Assembly (NCBI GenBank): GCA_964276515.1
Contig: OZ193909.1
Span: forward strand, 1,860,001 to 1,924,000
Source of the DNA: Gordius albopunctatus
Taxonomy: Eukaryota
Direction: 5' to 3'
DNA: 64,000 nt
Part shown: positions 25,896 to 38,737 of the stretch, one piece after another
Layout: each line of letters opens with the position of its first letter
Position numbering within the stretch: position 1 is the stretch's first letter
Position numbers and translations under genes: made by a program
Notes under the pieces: generated by a model
Database searches by the model: none
The model's input: only the letters and a program-made list of their open reading frames with translations
What the model was told of the DNA's origin: nothing

Positions 25896-26764
25896 ATGGG
25901 GATTAATAAAAGTAGGAACAAAATATTTGAAAAGTGTATCATATTTCTAATCATTGTAAATATGTTCATTTATGTATTGGTGGCCCAATATGTGTTCAGA
26001 TATAAATGAAACCGGGCTCCATGAGCACCCCCAAGGGAAAAATCTTGTGCCCCCGGGCCCCTTCCGCCATTATTTTTTTTTTATCTTACTTAAAAAACAA
26101 TATAAAGATTATTATTATTGTTTCTGGATAAAAGATTTAATTATAATATTACAAATAAAAATAAAGATGCTGTATACGACAATAAAGGGTGAAAATTGTA
26201 TCAAATTGTTGACATAATTACATAATTAATTTAAAACCCGAGATTTTTATAATTGATTTCCACTTTACTTTTATTAATATGAATAGTAATAGCAAGAAGC
26301 AATTAAAGCTTAACATGTTTTTAAAGCCCTTAGCTCCAAGCAATAGGTTAAATCAAATAGGTATTTAAAATTTTTTATTATTAGGTTTATATAAATATAA
26401 TATTAGGTGAAGAAATAAATGCAGTCCTGAAAAGTATTTACTTAGTGCTTTCATTCATTTATTCAAATAGGAATTTATAGAAAATGAAAAGGAGAATGCT
26501 TAATTTATGAAATGCATGTTAAATTTAACATTTAGTAAATTTTTAATTAATCTATTTTTTACTATTAGAGCTAGATTATATATTTCTGGAAAATAATAAA
26601 TATGTTATAATATTATTGAGTAAAACGGCTACAGCTTTGATACGTCCTCTATCAATAATTCAATATATGGGAATTAACAAATTAAAGGTAGTCTTCACAT
26701 GGTCTAACCATAAAATAAATTACGTTGCTATAAGTTATATACCAAAAAATAAAATGTTTTATTT

Positions 26765-29501
26765 GGGCCATTCCATGTCGATTCGTCAAAAAAAAGACGA
26801 TTTTCGACCGACCATCTCAGATAGGGCTAATTTTTTGTGAAGATTTAGACCTCATATGAAATAACATTTTCTGAAAATTTGAGCCATTTTGGGCTGATAC
26901 TTTTTGAGTTATGGACGCTGAAATGGCCAAAATCACGCTTGGGCGTGTTTTACAAATTTCACTATTTTCGACATATCTTCAAAAGTATTGCCGCTAGCTT
27001 CGTAAATTTTGCTGTATTTTAATCCTAATAAAATTCTCTATCAGAAAAATGTAACATAAAACCGCAAACTTTTGTGGTTAGTGTTTTGTGGTCAAATTTG
27101 TGGAAAACTAAAAAAACCACCTTCTCTGTTATATATTATCACCAAATTTGCTATGGGGACTCCTTTATGCTTAGTTATCAAATTTCAAATTTAAAAAGTT
27201 TGGGCACGGCTATGAGTTGGTTGATAAATAGAAAATTCACAAATAAATTAAAAATATTTCTAGATGGCGGTATAATCAAATATTAAGGAATATAAATTTT
27301 AACCATGGCACAAAGCAATTGATCGGATTGTAATTTATACCTAAATAATAAAGGTTTAAGGTATCTCTTACTTCAAACATAAATGAATTCATTCATTAAT
27401 GAATGGCAACTGCCATGCTTTTTATTGCCTATGAAATAGCATATGGCAAGTCATCCAGCTTACTATAATTTAATCATTAATTACCACATGTGCAACAGCG
27501 TTATTGATTTAAAAACAAGATCGGTTTCATATAAATTTAATGTTTTCCACTCTCTAACATTGATTTAAAAACTTAGTTTTTATTAATATAATTTTCTATG
27601 CCTAAAAACTACTATTGCTGTAATCCATTGAAGACACATAAGGATCAAGTCATAGGAATAAGAAAAGTTGCCAAATGGATGAATTTTTTAGATCCCAATG
27701 CAAAATTATGTGATGTATGTCGCAAGAAACTTTATCAAGGTCGGGATAATCCCAATGTGAACCCTTCTTTTGATCCTTCTTATTCACCAAAAAAAAGAAG
27801 ATTTTAGAAAAAGCAGGACCATCTATTCAAGCCCTTAATACATCATTACCAATGATTGCCGAATCGCCCATCAAAATAAAGAGACTAGGGGAAATAAATT
27901 ATCCGTTGAAAAAATTAGCCAAAATTAAGAAAAGCCTTGACACAACCTTTAATATCACCCATGAAAACGCTCAATTTTCGATCGATTCCGAACTTCTAGA
28001 TAGTTTAACATCTGGTTTTCCTTTATTAAACAAAAGTAATAAATATCATATTCTGACACTACTCCCTGATAGTTGGACGGCCCAAAAAATTAAGACCGTT
28101 TTCAATGTTTCATACTATATGGCAAGACGGGCAAAAAAAATCAAAATGGAAAAAGGAATTTTATCCACTTTGAAAACGGTCTTAATTTTTTGGGCCGTCC
28201 AACTATCAGGGAGTAGTGTCAGAATACGATATTTATTACTTTTGTTTAATAAAGGAAAACCAGATGTTAAACTATCTAGAAGTTCGGAATCGATCGAAGA
28301 TTGAGCGTTTTCATGGGTGATATTAAAGGTTGTGTCAAGGCTTTTCTTAATTTTGGCTAATTTTTTCAACGGATAATTTATTTCCCCTACTCTCTTTATT
28401 TTGATGGGCGATTCGGCAATCATTGGTAATGATGTATTAAGGGCTTGAATAGATGGTCCTGCTTTTTCTAAAATCTTATTTTTTTTTGGTTAATAAGAAG
28501 GATCAAAAGAAGGGTTCATATTGGGATTATCCCGACCTTGATAAAGTTTCTTGCGACATACATCACATAATTTTGCATTGGGATCTAAAAAATTCATCCA
28601 TTTGGCAACTTTTCTTATTCCTATGACTTGATCCTTATGTGTCTTCAATGGATTACAGCAATAGTGGTTTTTAGGCATAGAAAATTATATTAATAAAAAC
28701 TAAGTTTTTAAATCAATGTTAGAGAGTGGAAAACATTAAATTTATATGAAACCGATCTTGTTTTTAAATCAATAACGCTGTTGCACATGTGGTAATTAAT
28801 GATTAAATTATAGTAGGCTGGATGACTTGCCATATGCTATTTCATAGGCAATAAAAAGCATGGCAGTTGCCATTCATTAATGAATGAATTCATTTATGTT
28901 TGAAGTAAGAGATACCTTAAACCTTTATTATTTAGGTATAAATTACAATCCGATCAATTGCTTTGTGCCATGGTTAAAATTTATATTCCTTAATATTTGA
29001 TTATACCGCCATCTAGAAATATTTTTAATTTATTTGTGAATTTTCTATTTATCAACCAACTCATAGCCGTGCCCAAACTTTTTAAATTTGAAATTTGATA
29101 ACTAAGCATAAAGGAGTCCCCATAGCAAATTTGGTGATAATATATAACAGAGAAGGTGGTTTTTTTAGTTTTCCACAAATTTGACCACAAAACACTAACC
29201 ACAAAAGTTTGCGGTTTTATGTTACATTTTTCTGATAGAGAATTTTATTAGGATTAAAATACAGCAAAATTTACGAAGCTAGCGGCAATACTTTTGAAGA
29301 TATGTCGAAAATAGTGAAATTTGTAAAACACGCCCAAGCGTGATTTTGGCCATTTCAGCGTCCATAACTCAAAAAGTATTAGCCCAAAATGGCTCAAATT
29401 TTCAGAAAATGTTATTTCATATGAGGTCTAAATCCTCACAAAAAATTAGCCCTATCTGAGATGGTCGGTCGAAAACGTTTTGATTTGTCATGGAATGGCC
29501 C
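26765..29501. mobile_element. Palindromic derivative of a Sola-like DNA transposon (two head-to-head 5' halves)
   Basis: Termini GGGCCATTCCATG / CATGGAATGGCCC with 4-bp TSD ATTT; arms about 26803-28105 and 28170-29476, spacer 64 bp. Both arms encode a transposase-like N-terminus (MPKNYYCCNP...CDVCRKKL; ILTLLPDSWTAQKIKTVF). Superfamily call rests on the TSD, termini and recalled motif resemblance. Confidence 0.8.
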
Positions 29502-29994
29502 ATTTGTAGATAAAAAAATTATAATCCGCAGTCATAAATATAATTATAGTGATTGATAAAATGTTGTTATTTCGTGCAGGGTAAAAATCATATTATTCTA
29601 ATATTTAACTTAATACAACAAAATTAGCATCTACCTCCTTACAAAATGTTATTAAGAAGAATATAATTATGAGTGTTATCTATCTCTAATTCAAACATGC
29701 GATAATTGACGTTCAAATTTAAAAACGGTATGGTATAACAATGGGATCGTCAAAAGTAACGATGCTTTTTCCCAATCCACTGCCAGTAAAAAAAGAGGAG
29801 ATAAACGTAAAAACTCATTATTTCCTGTTTTTAACCAATAGCAATTCGGGACTGACGTTCGCTATTTTACAACGTTCGACATTTCTGTACGTTACACCGG
29901 GCCTGAAGCTAAAATTTCGGGCCATGCAGACCTCTAGCCCATATATTGCATTGCAATTAATACTACATACATATATATAGTAGTTAGTAGTAGG

Positions 29995-32900
29995 CTAACC
30001 TATTAGGGGGGCGCACTTCGAATCGTTCGGTACGACGGTCATTTCGGTATCGATACCCCCTTGCGTCACGTGACCGTTGGGGGCGGAATCGTCGTGGGGT
30101 AGGAGAGCCCGTCGGGTGGACGAGGCGTCACTCGGGTGATTCAAAATGGCGGCACGAGCGGAAGTGGGCTCGACGCCATTTTGGGTGGTGACTACGCTGT
30201 CTAAAGCTTTTACCTTGGATGTGGGGTAAAGATGGAAGTAATTTACATATTAATAGCATCAGTTCACTTTACCAGCTCCCTCTTGTTCTAATAATCGCAA
30301 AGTACAACTATTTTGGCCTTTGAAGAATTGGAAAAATATTTTTTTGTTCTGATGGTTTTGTATATCTTATACGTAAAAGTATTTTTAATCAAAAAAATTT
30401 TCTAAGCCCGTGGGCCTATTTTGGTGCTCGATTTAATTCTTAGCGCATCTTAAAATTTAGTCTTCTTTACTACCTTTTTCAACAATAGACCCGCTATTTC
30501 ATTAAAACTACAAATTTAGAGTTGCCCACCAAATCATCGATTTCGATTGTATCACGTTAAAAAACATCCTACACCTAACATGGATGCGACTTCGATTTAA
30601 AGTAACATATTAGAAAAACATAATACGTACTGCAAACCTTTGCTACGTTTGTGTCAGTTTAAAACCGAAAACCAATAAACTTTAATATCTTTTGCCCGTA
30701 TGAAAAATATTTACCTCATCAGGGGTGGAGGATTCGCGGGCGGTGGCCAAACGATCGCGACAATAGGCGTTGAGGGTGAGGCGATGTCGCGCCCACCCAG
30801 CGAGCAACACCAGGGCGGGAAAGATTGACAGGACACCGAGGATCCAAAATAACCCGACGAAATTAACGCGATCCGGCCCTTCGACGACATGAGCATCAGC
30901 TGTTGAGAGGTCTTGACCCCCAGGGGGGGAAGTGGGAGTGGCTCGGGGCGGTGACGTCATATGCAAAACTAAGCCAACGAGGGGACCCTCCAGGAAAGTT
31001 CCGAGGGTGCCGATTCCATTGACGAGACCCACGACGCCAGAAGAGGCGTCAACTTTGAAGCAAGCCGTCACGAGGAGGGGGATGGAGGAAGAGATTAAAC
31101 TGTCGATCCCGCCGATAAATATTCCTAGCAGACGATAGTAATATTATTCGAAAATTAATTTCCTTTTCTTTTGGGTATCTATTGATAATCTTCTCAAAAG
31201 TAATCAACCGAAAAATTGTTCAAAAAATATCCAGATTTAAAATTGAAGGCCAAACTACACAAAAAATAAGTACAAATTTAATCCCAAAAATGTTATTTAT
31301 AGCGTTATTAATTAGCGACAACTTATAACTCTCTATGGTCTACACAAGGTATTTTTTTCTTAACAATCTTTTTATTTAACAAAAAATGTATTTTAACCAT
31401 TTATGTGCCCCTTAAATCACTGTTACAAGTCTAAAATGATAGGCAATTGAATAAAATGCTTATTAATTGCTATGCAATCGTATATTTACAGGTCGATAGT
31501 TAATTTTTAAGTCCGAACGCTTCTTACCGACAAATAAGAGGGCCGCAGTGTTGATTAGCCAATGCAGGTGAGGGCTCGCGGTAAATATGAAGCAAAACAT
31601 GGCTCCTATTTGGGCAAACACCATAACGATAAGGCCTTTGAATTGCGTCCTCGAGAAGCATCTGGGGGTCAAAATTAAAATCACGAAGTGTGTAAGACTG
31701 ATTTAAGTGATGCTTTTCAAAATTCTTCTCAAAATAATGTATATGTTATTTAATAATTATTATCTTTAAATGCTCGTAAAAGTATTGTTAAAAATCAAAA
31801 TTTGGCAGTAAGTTTTTATAGAAGCCGTGAGGGTAGCCAGCATTGGGATTAGAGGGGGGGGGGCAGGGCCCGGCTATGCTCATGTAGAAGGCATAAAGAG
31901 TAAATTTACTTGTCGATGATAAGACCCAGGATAATGGAGCCAATTACGCCACCAATCTCAAAAACAGCGGTGATATTACCGGCTTTAGTGGCGGAAAAAT
32001 TGTTCTACAAACAAAAACATACAATTAGATATATCAATTTTTACCATGAAAAATGTTATTATAATGCCAGCACTAACGTTTAAATCTCACCTCAGCACCA
32101 AAATAGCATTATTATTATAAATAAAATTCCAAATAATTGCATAATACACGATAAATTAAATTATGAAATATAAGAGATGTATAGAATAAATAAATACGGG
32201 TGCTAGCCTTGTGTTCCAGCATATAGGGCAACCACATGTACAGAATGTAGCGAATCATTTTGAGGGAAAAATTAGAGATCGCCAAGTGGAACACCAGTCT
32301 ATAAAAATGGTATTAATTGAATCGAACAAATTTGAACAAAAATTTTAAAAAATCAATGTTAAAATATCTTACGGTATCTTCCACAATAGTTCGATCGAGC
32401 CTTTAACGTGCGACAGGAAAGCTAATTTTGACGGTTTCTTAGAGTTTGCTTCTTTACATTTTTCATCGCCTAACAACGATTAAAATTTAGGTATTATTTG
32501 ACTCCACAATCGCGAATTAAAACTATAAGTGGGGTTCAAATTACAACGACACAACAAAAATGAACATAAAAACCGAATCGAAACTTGGATAACAATTTTT
32601 GCCTAATCCGTTATAAATTAATTTATTTTAGACAATATAATTATATAGCCATAATAGATATAGATAATTTTTTTGAAACTAATTATCAACAAAATATTTT
32701 TTAAGGATACCATGGCTAAGATAACCCACAAGCAGTTAGGCCCTTTACAAACCGATTTCTAAAATAAATCAAATTACTTAAAAACGTCATATGGAAAATT
32801 TACGTAAGCTACTGAAAAAACAATAATAATTTTTGAACCAAAAAGCAATTTTATCATTTGATACCTAAAACAAAATCTTCAAAAAATAAATATGAGTCTT

Positions 32901-35900
32901 GTTAGTAAGAACCTGTAGCTGCTCCATTTTCAATTTCTTTGTCAACTGTTGTGTGTGCTTTGGCGTGGCGATGCACGTTAATGATTTTCTTGAAGGCGCA
33001 TTTGTAAAAAAAGAAAAGTGCCACCCCCGTCAAACTCTGTAATTGTAATGAATTGTATAAATCCGCTTTATAGGTAACCAAAATTTTTATTTAACTAAAA
33101 TGATTAAAATAATGTTTAATATTAGGTATTTTCCAGGCTTAGAAGAAAATGTAAAATGTGAGGGAAGCTGCTAATTTTGTTTTCGACCTCAAAGAGGGAA
33201 CGAGGAGGTTGCTATTCAAAGTAAATTACACTGGACTACAAAAATGGACTCATAAAATCAACCGGCAAACTGTTGGCGGCAGATTCTGGTAGAGTTTTTT
33301 ACGGGAAATTCCAATATATTTTTAGTTTTTTTCCCTATACGTCAAGTTTTTGAAATATTTGGCTGTCAAAGTGCTGAAAACAGGGATTTTATTATTTTTA
33401 AAACATCAACAACTTGCAAATTAATCGGTAAAAGTTCAGTTGAATAAATTTAATTTGTAAATAAAGCGAAGGTGTGAGTTGTTTTTCTTAGGCGTTAGCT
33501 AGGACAAAAATTTGCTATGCAATTTATGGGCGAGAATGCCTATAGGGTGGTATTAAATGCAAAATAATTGGACTGACGGGCAAAGGGTAAATATCAATGG
33601 GAACCAATTTAAAAAAAAACTAAAAAAAAATTCGATTCACATTTTAGCCAATGGTCATTTTTTCCATTGGTAAGTAGCCAGGCCATGGTCAAAAATTCAT
33701 ATTAACAATGGTATTAATAAGAACAAAATATTAATTTAATTTAAAAAAAAATAAAATTTTTGCCCTCTCCGGGATTCGAACCAACATCAGTAGAGGCATA
33801 GGCCCTTGTAGGGGAGGGCATAGGGTAATTATCAATGTTATTACCCAATTCAAAAACGAAAAAAAAATTTCGATTTATTTGGCCAATGGTAATTTTTTTC
33901 ATTGGTCAGCAGCCAGTAGACGGTCAAAAAGTCATATTATCAATGGTATTAACAAGAACAAAATATTAATTTAATTTAAAAAATAAAAAATTTTGTCCTC
34001 TCCGGGGATTGAACACGAACCTCCAAGTGAGGAAGCTGGTGTAAATACATTGGTGGACGACGGACGGACAACAAAAAACGAGCCCATAAATTGCATAGCA
34101 ATTAAAAATAAAAATATTTGCCGTCTCCGGGATTTGAACCCATATCAGTAGAGGCATAGGCCCTTATCGGGGAGAGCATAGGGTAATTATCAATGTTATT
34201 ACCCAATTCAAATACGAAACTCCGATATAATATTCGCAATCCCATTTTGCAACTCAGAACGTCAAGACGCTAACTAACCAGAAGAAGTGGGAAAAGGGGG
34301 CAACACCTTGGCAAAGTTTTGACAAGACCAAATCAAATACAATTATGAATATTTATTTTTATTATTTATTCGCAAAGAAATGTTGCTTCCAAATGGGTGG
34401 GATAATTGTTGTTTTTGCATTTTGATGAAATACATAAACAATGCACAACAACAACAACTAGTCGTCACCTTTAAATAGGGAATAATTTGGCGGGTACACT
34501 ACCTTCAAAAGCATCCGTTAATTTAAATTAAAAAATCTCAGAGTGTAGTGTTAGTTACTAGGTATTAAATACAAAACAAAAATACACGATTTTATCGTTT
34601 TATACTGCCTCTAAAGCTCATTTTTTTTAGCTTTTTTACTAAGATATGCTGTGGTTACATCATACAAAACGATGTAATGCAATTAAAGGGCATAATTTTT
34701 TGTCCCATTGCGACAACCACTCTCACAAACTTTGGCCTGCAAACCCTTAAAATCATTTAAAAATAGGGAAACAAATTTCTTTGCTAACCCATGCATGATC
34801 GCGAATCTTTTTTAAAAAGACGGAAAATCGGCCTAACTATTCGTAATTCACTTTTATAAATTACATTAAATCTTTAAAGGCACTCTAAATAAAGAGTAAA
34901 AATAACGTTACTCTTTAAGTCTAACATATGAATTTAATTTAAGAGAAGAGTTTTTTTATGGATTAGATAGCAAATTATAAGATAAGTTTAATAATAGGTA
35001 ATTTTAAAAATTTAATTACTTTAGTCAAAAATTAGGCGCAACAAATGCAACCATAAAACGATACAGTTGAAAAGCAGACGATTTTGGCTACGACAAAAAA
35101 ATTGTGATTATAATTAACTTTCAGCAAGCTTCAAAGAAATCAAAGACTTGCCGAATTTTCAAAAGCTTATGAGGCGTTAAAAATTCTTTTTTGAAGTGGG
35201 ACTAAGTAATTTATAATTATAGTTAAAGTGAATTATAACTTTCGCACGTTGATTTTTTTTATTATACTAACAAATATATTGAACACACACCTATGAAAAA
35301 TTGCAAAAATTATGCAAATGTTAGGATGTAGTATACTTAAATATTAACCATTATTTCACGAAAAAACGTAAAAAGCAAAAGATATTTAAACAAGGTATTA
35401 TTTTTATTTTAAAATGTCTAAAACATTAAGCCCTTACGAAATATGCCCTTCTTAAGTTAAGTATGTTATTAATGAGTTACGTAAAGTAATCACATAGAAA
35501 AGAAACCTTATAGAGGAGCTTTACTTGTCTTTAGCATCTCTAAAATTTTGCCGGGGGAAATCATGAGAAATAATCTATTTTTCAACAAAAATTGACTGCG
35601 TGATTGATGTTATTTTTTTGAAAGCGTCTCTCCCGAAAAAGATAGAAAGCTAAAAAAAAGGTAGGATGCGGTAATTTATCTTATGCACATACCTAAATAG
35701 AGTTTAAATTGACGCGAGAAAAAGTTTCAAGCAGTCTAAAATGGGGGAATATTTAACGTTAAAAAATTGCTACCTATTTATTACGTTTTCAAAGTGACAA
35801 TTTTTGATGCTCTTGAGCTATATTTACATTTCAAAATTACGTAAAAATCGTACAATTTTGAGTTTAGGCAAAATGTTTCATAAATCCATAAAATCGTTTG

Positions 35901-37746
35901 GGACTCTGAATAATTGAACTAATTACGAACACCCTTTCAATATTAAACAAAATTATTGATCGAAAGGCTTTACCCTATTTTTATTGATTTTTAGCATATC
36001 GCTAAATTATAAATTTTAGCGGCAACAAGAATAAGGCACAAAGTGACAAAGCATAATCACAGACAAAAAATCGAAATTTCTTAAATACAAGGAGATTCAG
36101 TTAAGATAATCGTCAAGTTATAAAAAATAACAGATAAAGAGACTAAGATTTATTCCTCGAGGCGAAAAGGGAAAAAGCAAACGATTTTTATATTAACGAA
36201 ATAACGTAGTCGCTTTCGCAGAATAGTACAAATCATATTCCGCTAAGCGTGTATAAAGTTAATAGTTCAATAATCTGATATATTTTAGAATTTATCATAC
36301 ACAATTATTTGGAAAATAACCTCTAGTGTTAAAAATAAATACTAGATCTATTTTTTAATTTAGCATAATTTATAATTTCCAATACGTAAAAAAACCTCAA
36401 AAAACCTATCTCGGATATAATTAAGATAAAAAGACTATCAGCGCAGGTTGATGGTATTTATGATAAATTTATTACAGCCATTAATTATTTTGAGGGATTG
36501 GCTGTTAACACATATAAAGGTAAGTAAAACAAACCACAAGAGTGATAAAGACATAAATTGCACAGCAATTAATATTAATTAATGAGGTACTGTTGCAAAT
36601 TAATTAGGGCGATAAAGGCAAATATTTGTTACCATTTAATATGACACAGAAAGTATGATTAAAATTTCAAAAATGTTAATTTTTCCCCTCCCTAAATCAT
36701 TATTGATGCGCGACCCTGTTAAAACTACTTTTTTAAAATATCCACGAGGATCAGTTGATAAATTGTCAATTGAAACCCAGGGTGTCAAAGTTCATAATAA
36801 AAAATTGTATTTAGCTAAAATTGAAGTGAAATAGGTAAAACATTTTGCAGTGACAAAATTATAGAAACAAAGAAATAAAAGTAGTATATGATTATTTGTA
36901 AATAATGCTTACCACAATCACGGATGGAATTGGGTACACCCATTTCCAAGTTAATCTGTCTTTTATAAAAACCTGTTGTGTGTAGAAATATTAAATTAAA
37001 ACCTTATAAAAAATGAGTAAGACTGTAATAGTTTTTGTAAGAAATTAACTATAATCTTACAGCTAATAAAGTGCCCAAAGTTCCTCCTGCAAATGCAGAT
37101 GTACCAAAAATTCCCAAAACAAAATTCTGATTACCAGAGGCGGTAAATAATAATGACACAAGCTTGATCATCAAAGGCCAACAAAATGCCTAAAAATAAT
37201 GTTCAGCTATAAATAATGGAAATTAAGGTTATTACTTGAAAGGTTCCACTGAAAAATAGTGATAAAATAATAAACCATAATTTATCTATAGGTCCCAAAA
37301 AGAGGGTCGACAATCCAGCCCCAATAACACATGCTGATACAAATTTAGTTGGATTGATAGTATCACCAAGATTCCCAAATACTATCTATATATAAAATAA
37401 TTTATACATCAAAATAAAGCCAAAAAATTAAAATAAGCTAATAAATATAAAAAATTTCATTTATACACATATATACAAGTTATTAGTGAAAATGAACCAT
37501 TGGTAAGGCTTTAACTTGCCTGAAAAAATGAATATGGCAATAAGAGGGCAGTATCAAGTATTCCTATGGTTAACTTTGAATAGCCATATTTACTGCTCAG
37601 ATCTGATTTTATCTTTAAAAATAAATTATATAGATAATAAACACTCAATAAGTTACCAATCCTAACGGTTTTCTAGTAAAATATAGCAAACAGTATGACA
37701 ACCAGAGTAAAGAGAATGCAGAATATCGTATAGCATTAAGATTCAT
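29995..37746 (-). CDS. SLC37-family (GlpT/G6P-exchanger-like) MFS sugar-phosphate transporter, multi-exon
   Basis: Exons 37746-37657 (YFTRKPLG), 37612-37520, 37385-37236 (GNLGD), 37189-37061 (AFCWP), 36972-36913; several small exons at 33037-32370; then KMIRYILYMWLPYML (about 32298-32208), FEIGGVIGSIILG (32004-31910), about 31663-31527, GLVNGIGTLGTFLEGP (31128-30715) and a probable last exon 30213-29995. Confidence 0.85.
33512..34215 (-). mobile_element. Helentron-associated (DINE/HINE-like) non-autonomous element in an SLC37 intron
   Basis: Inverted repeat TTGCTATGCAATTTATGGG / CCCATAAATTGCATAGCAA, a (GACG)n microsatellite next to one end, and internal tandem modules shared with 40639-41827. 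Confidence 0.65.
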
Positions 37747-38434
37747 TGCGTAAAAGTAAAACGATATGTTTATTAAAAAATGTGGTCTTTAAAATTTAAA
37801 AGTTGGCAGTAAGAGCGAATGAATGCATGTATAAAATGTGGCTATTGCCACATTGAGATAATGAAATGAGCCATACAGTTATTTAGATTATAAATAAATA
37901 AATTTCCGTAGCTGTTTCTCACACTAAGGTGGTCAGCTTCTTTAGATATTTGTATGGGGGTGATGTTCGGCTATCAAAGACAAATGTAAAATGTGGATAT
38001 CTTTAATATATATAAATTTCAAAAATTTAATACATTGTAATATGATAAATTAAAAAATCTCACTTTTATAGATTACAAATGATTTTATAATATAAAGTTT
38101 AGAGTAAAAATTCATATTTATTTATCTTTATTAACAAATTCTAACCCTAATTCGGGCAAACCCTATAAATTTAATTTTCATATCGTTTTTGTTAAGGAAA
38201 ATGAGGATAACCAAATAAAATCAAAATTTTCAACCCAAAATTGACCTTAGATCATTTTATGATAACAAGCTTTAGTTTCCCAAGTAGATAAGCTTGCAAA
38301 AACTCACCTGAATCCTAGCTAGTAAATACCCTACCTTTCTAATTAAGCTAGTTTTATATGTGTTTTACAGCCTGGAATAGAAAAGATCTGTAGGGGAGAT
38401 AAGTAGCAAGTTGAGAAATATTTGATTAATCACC

Positions 38435-38737
38435 TCAGATGGGGGAGGGAGAGATTGTAAATAAAGACAGATCATAAAACATAGTAAAAATAGGATTGAC
38501 AAAAGAAAAATATGTAATAAGCTGGCAGGTTGGGGCGGATTGGACATTTCTAGTCTCTGATCCATATACTAATATAGGGCTTGTAACTTCCATTTTATTT
38601 CTCAGTGTGATATGTTCTGTAGTCGTGTGATATCTCCTAAATTGCGTCTGATTGTGGCTGAGAGTGGCGGCAAGCTGATTGTATAGCCTATTATATATCA
38701 ACTTAATAAAAAGGTTTGACTTCATATTAATTATCAC
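38435..38737 (-). mobile_element. Ancient non-LTR retrotransposon remnant
   Basis: LIYNRL...LSHNQTQFRRYHTTTEHI resembles the RT QxGFR...ST block and is fused to PILVYGSET, an RTE C-terminal motif. Confidence 0.5.

Larger units (their letters stand above)
24990..29936 (+). mobile_element. Defective hAT transposon carrying nested insertions
   Basis: TIR TAGAGGTCTGCATGG / CCATGCAGACCTCTA; perfect 8-bp TSD GCCCATAT (24982-24989, 29937-29944); remnant LDVILWWKEH near 25100 resembles the hAT C-terminal dimerisation domain. Confidence 0.9.

Noticed and set aside
27074..27286. Duplicated 70-aa gene (also 28990-29202)
   Set aside because: GTG-start ORF in the noncoding terminal region of the palindrome; identity reflects the inverted repeat.
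33761..33790. Additional functional tRNA genes (also 41697-41750)
   Set aside because: Only T-arm/B-box-like parts are present; no D-arm or complete acceptor stem.
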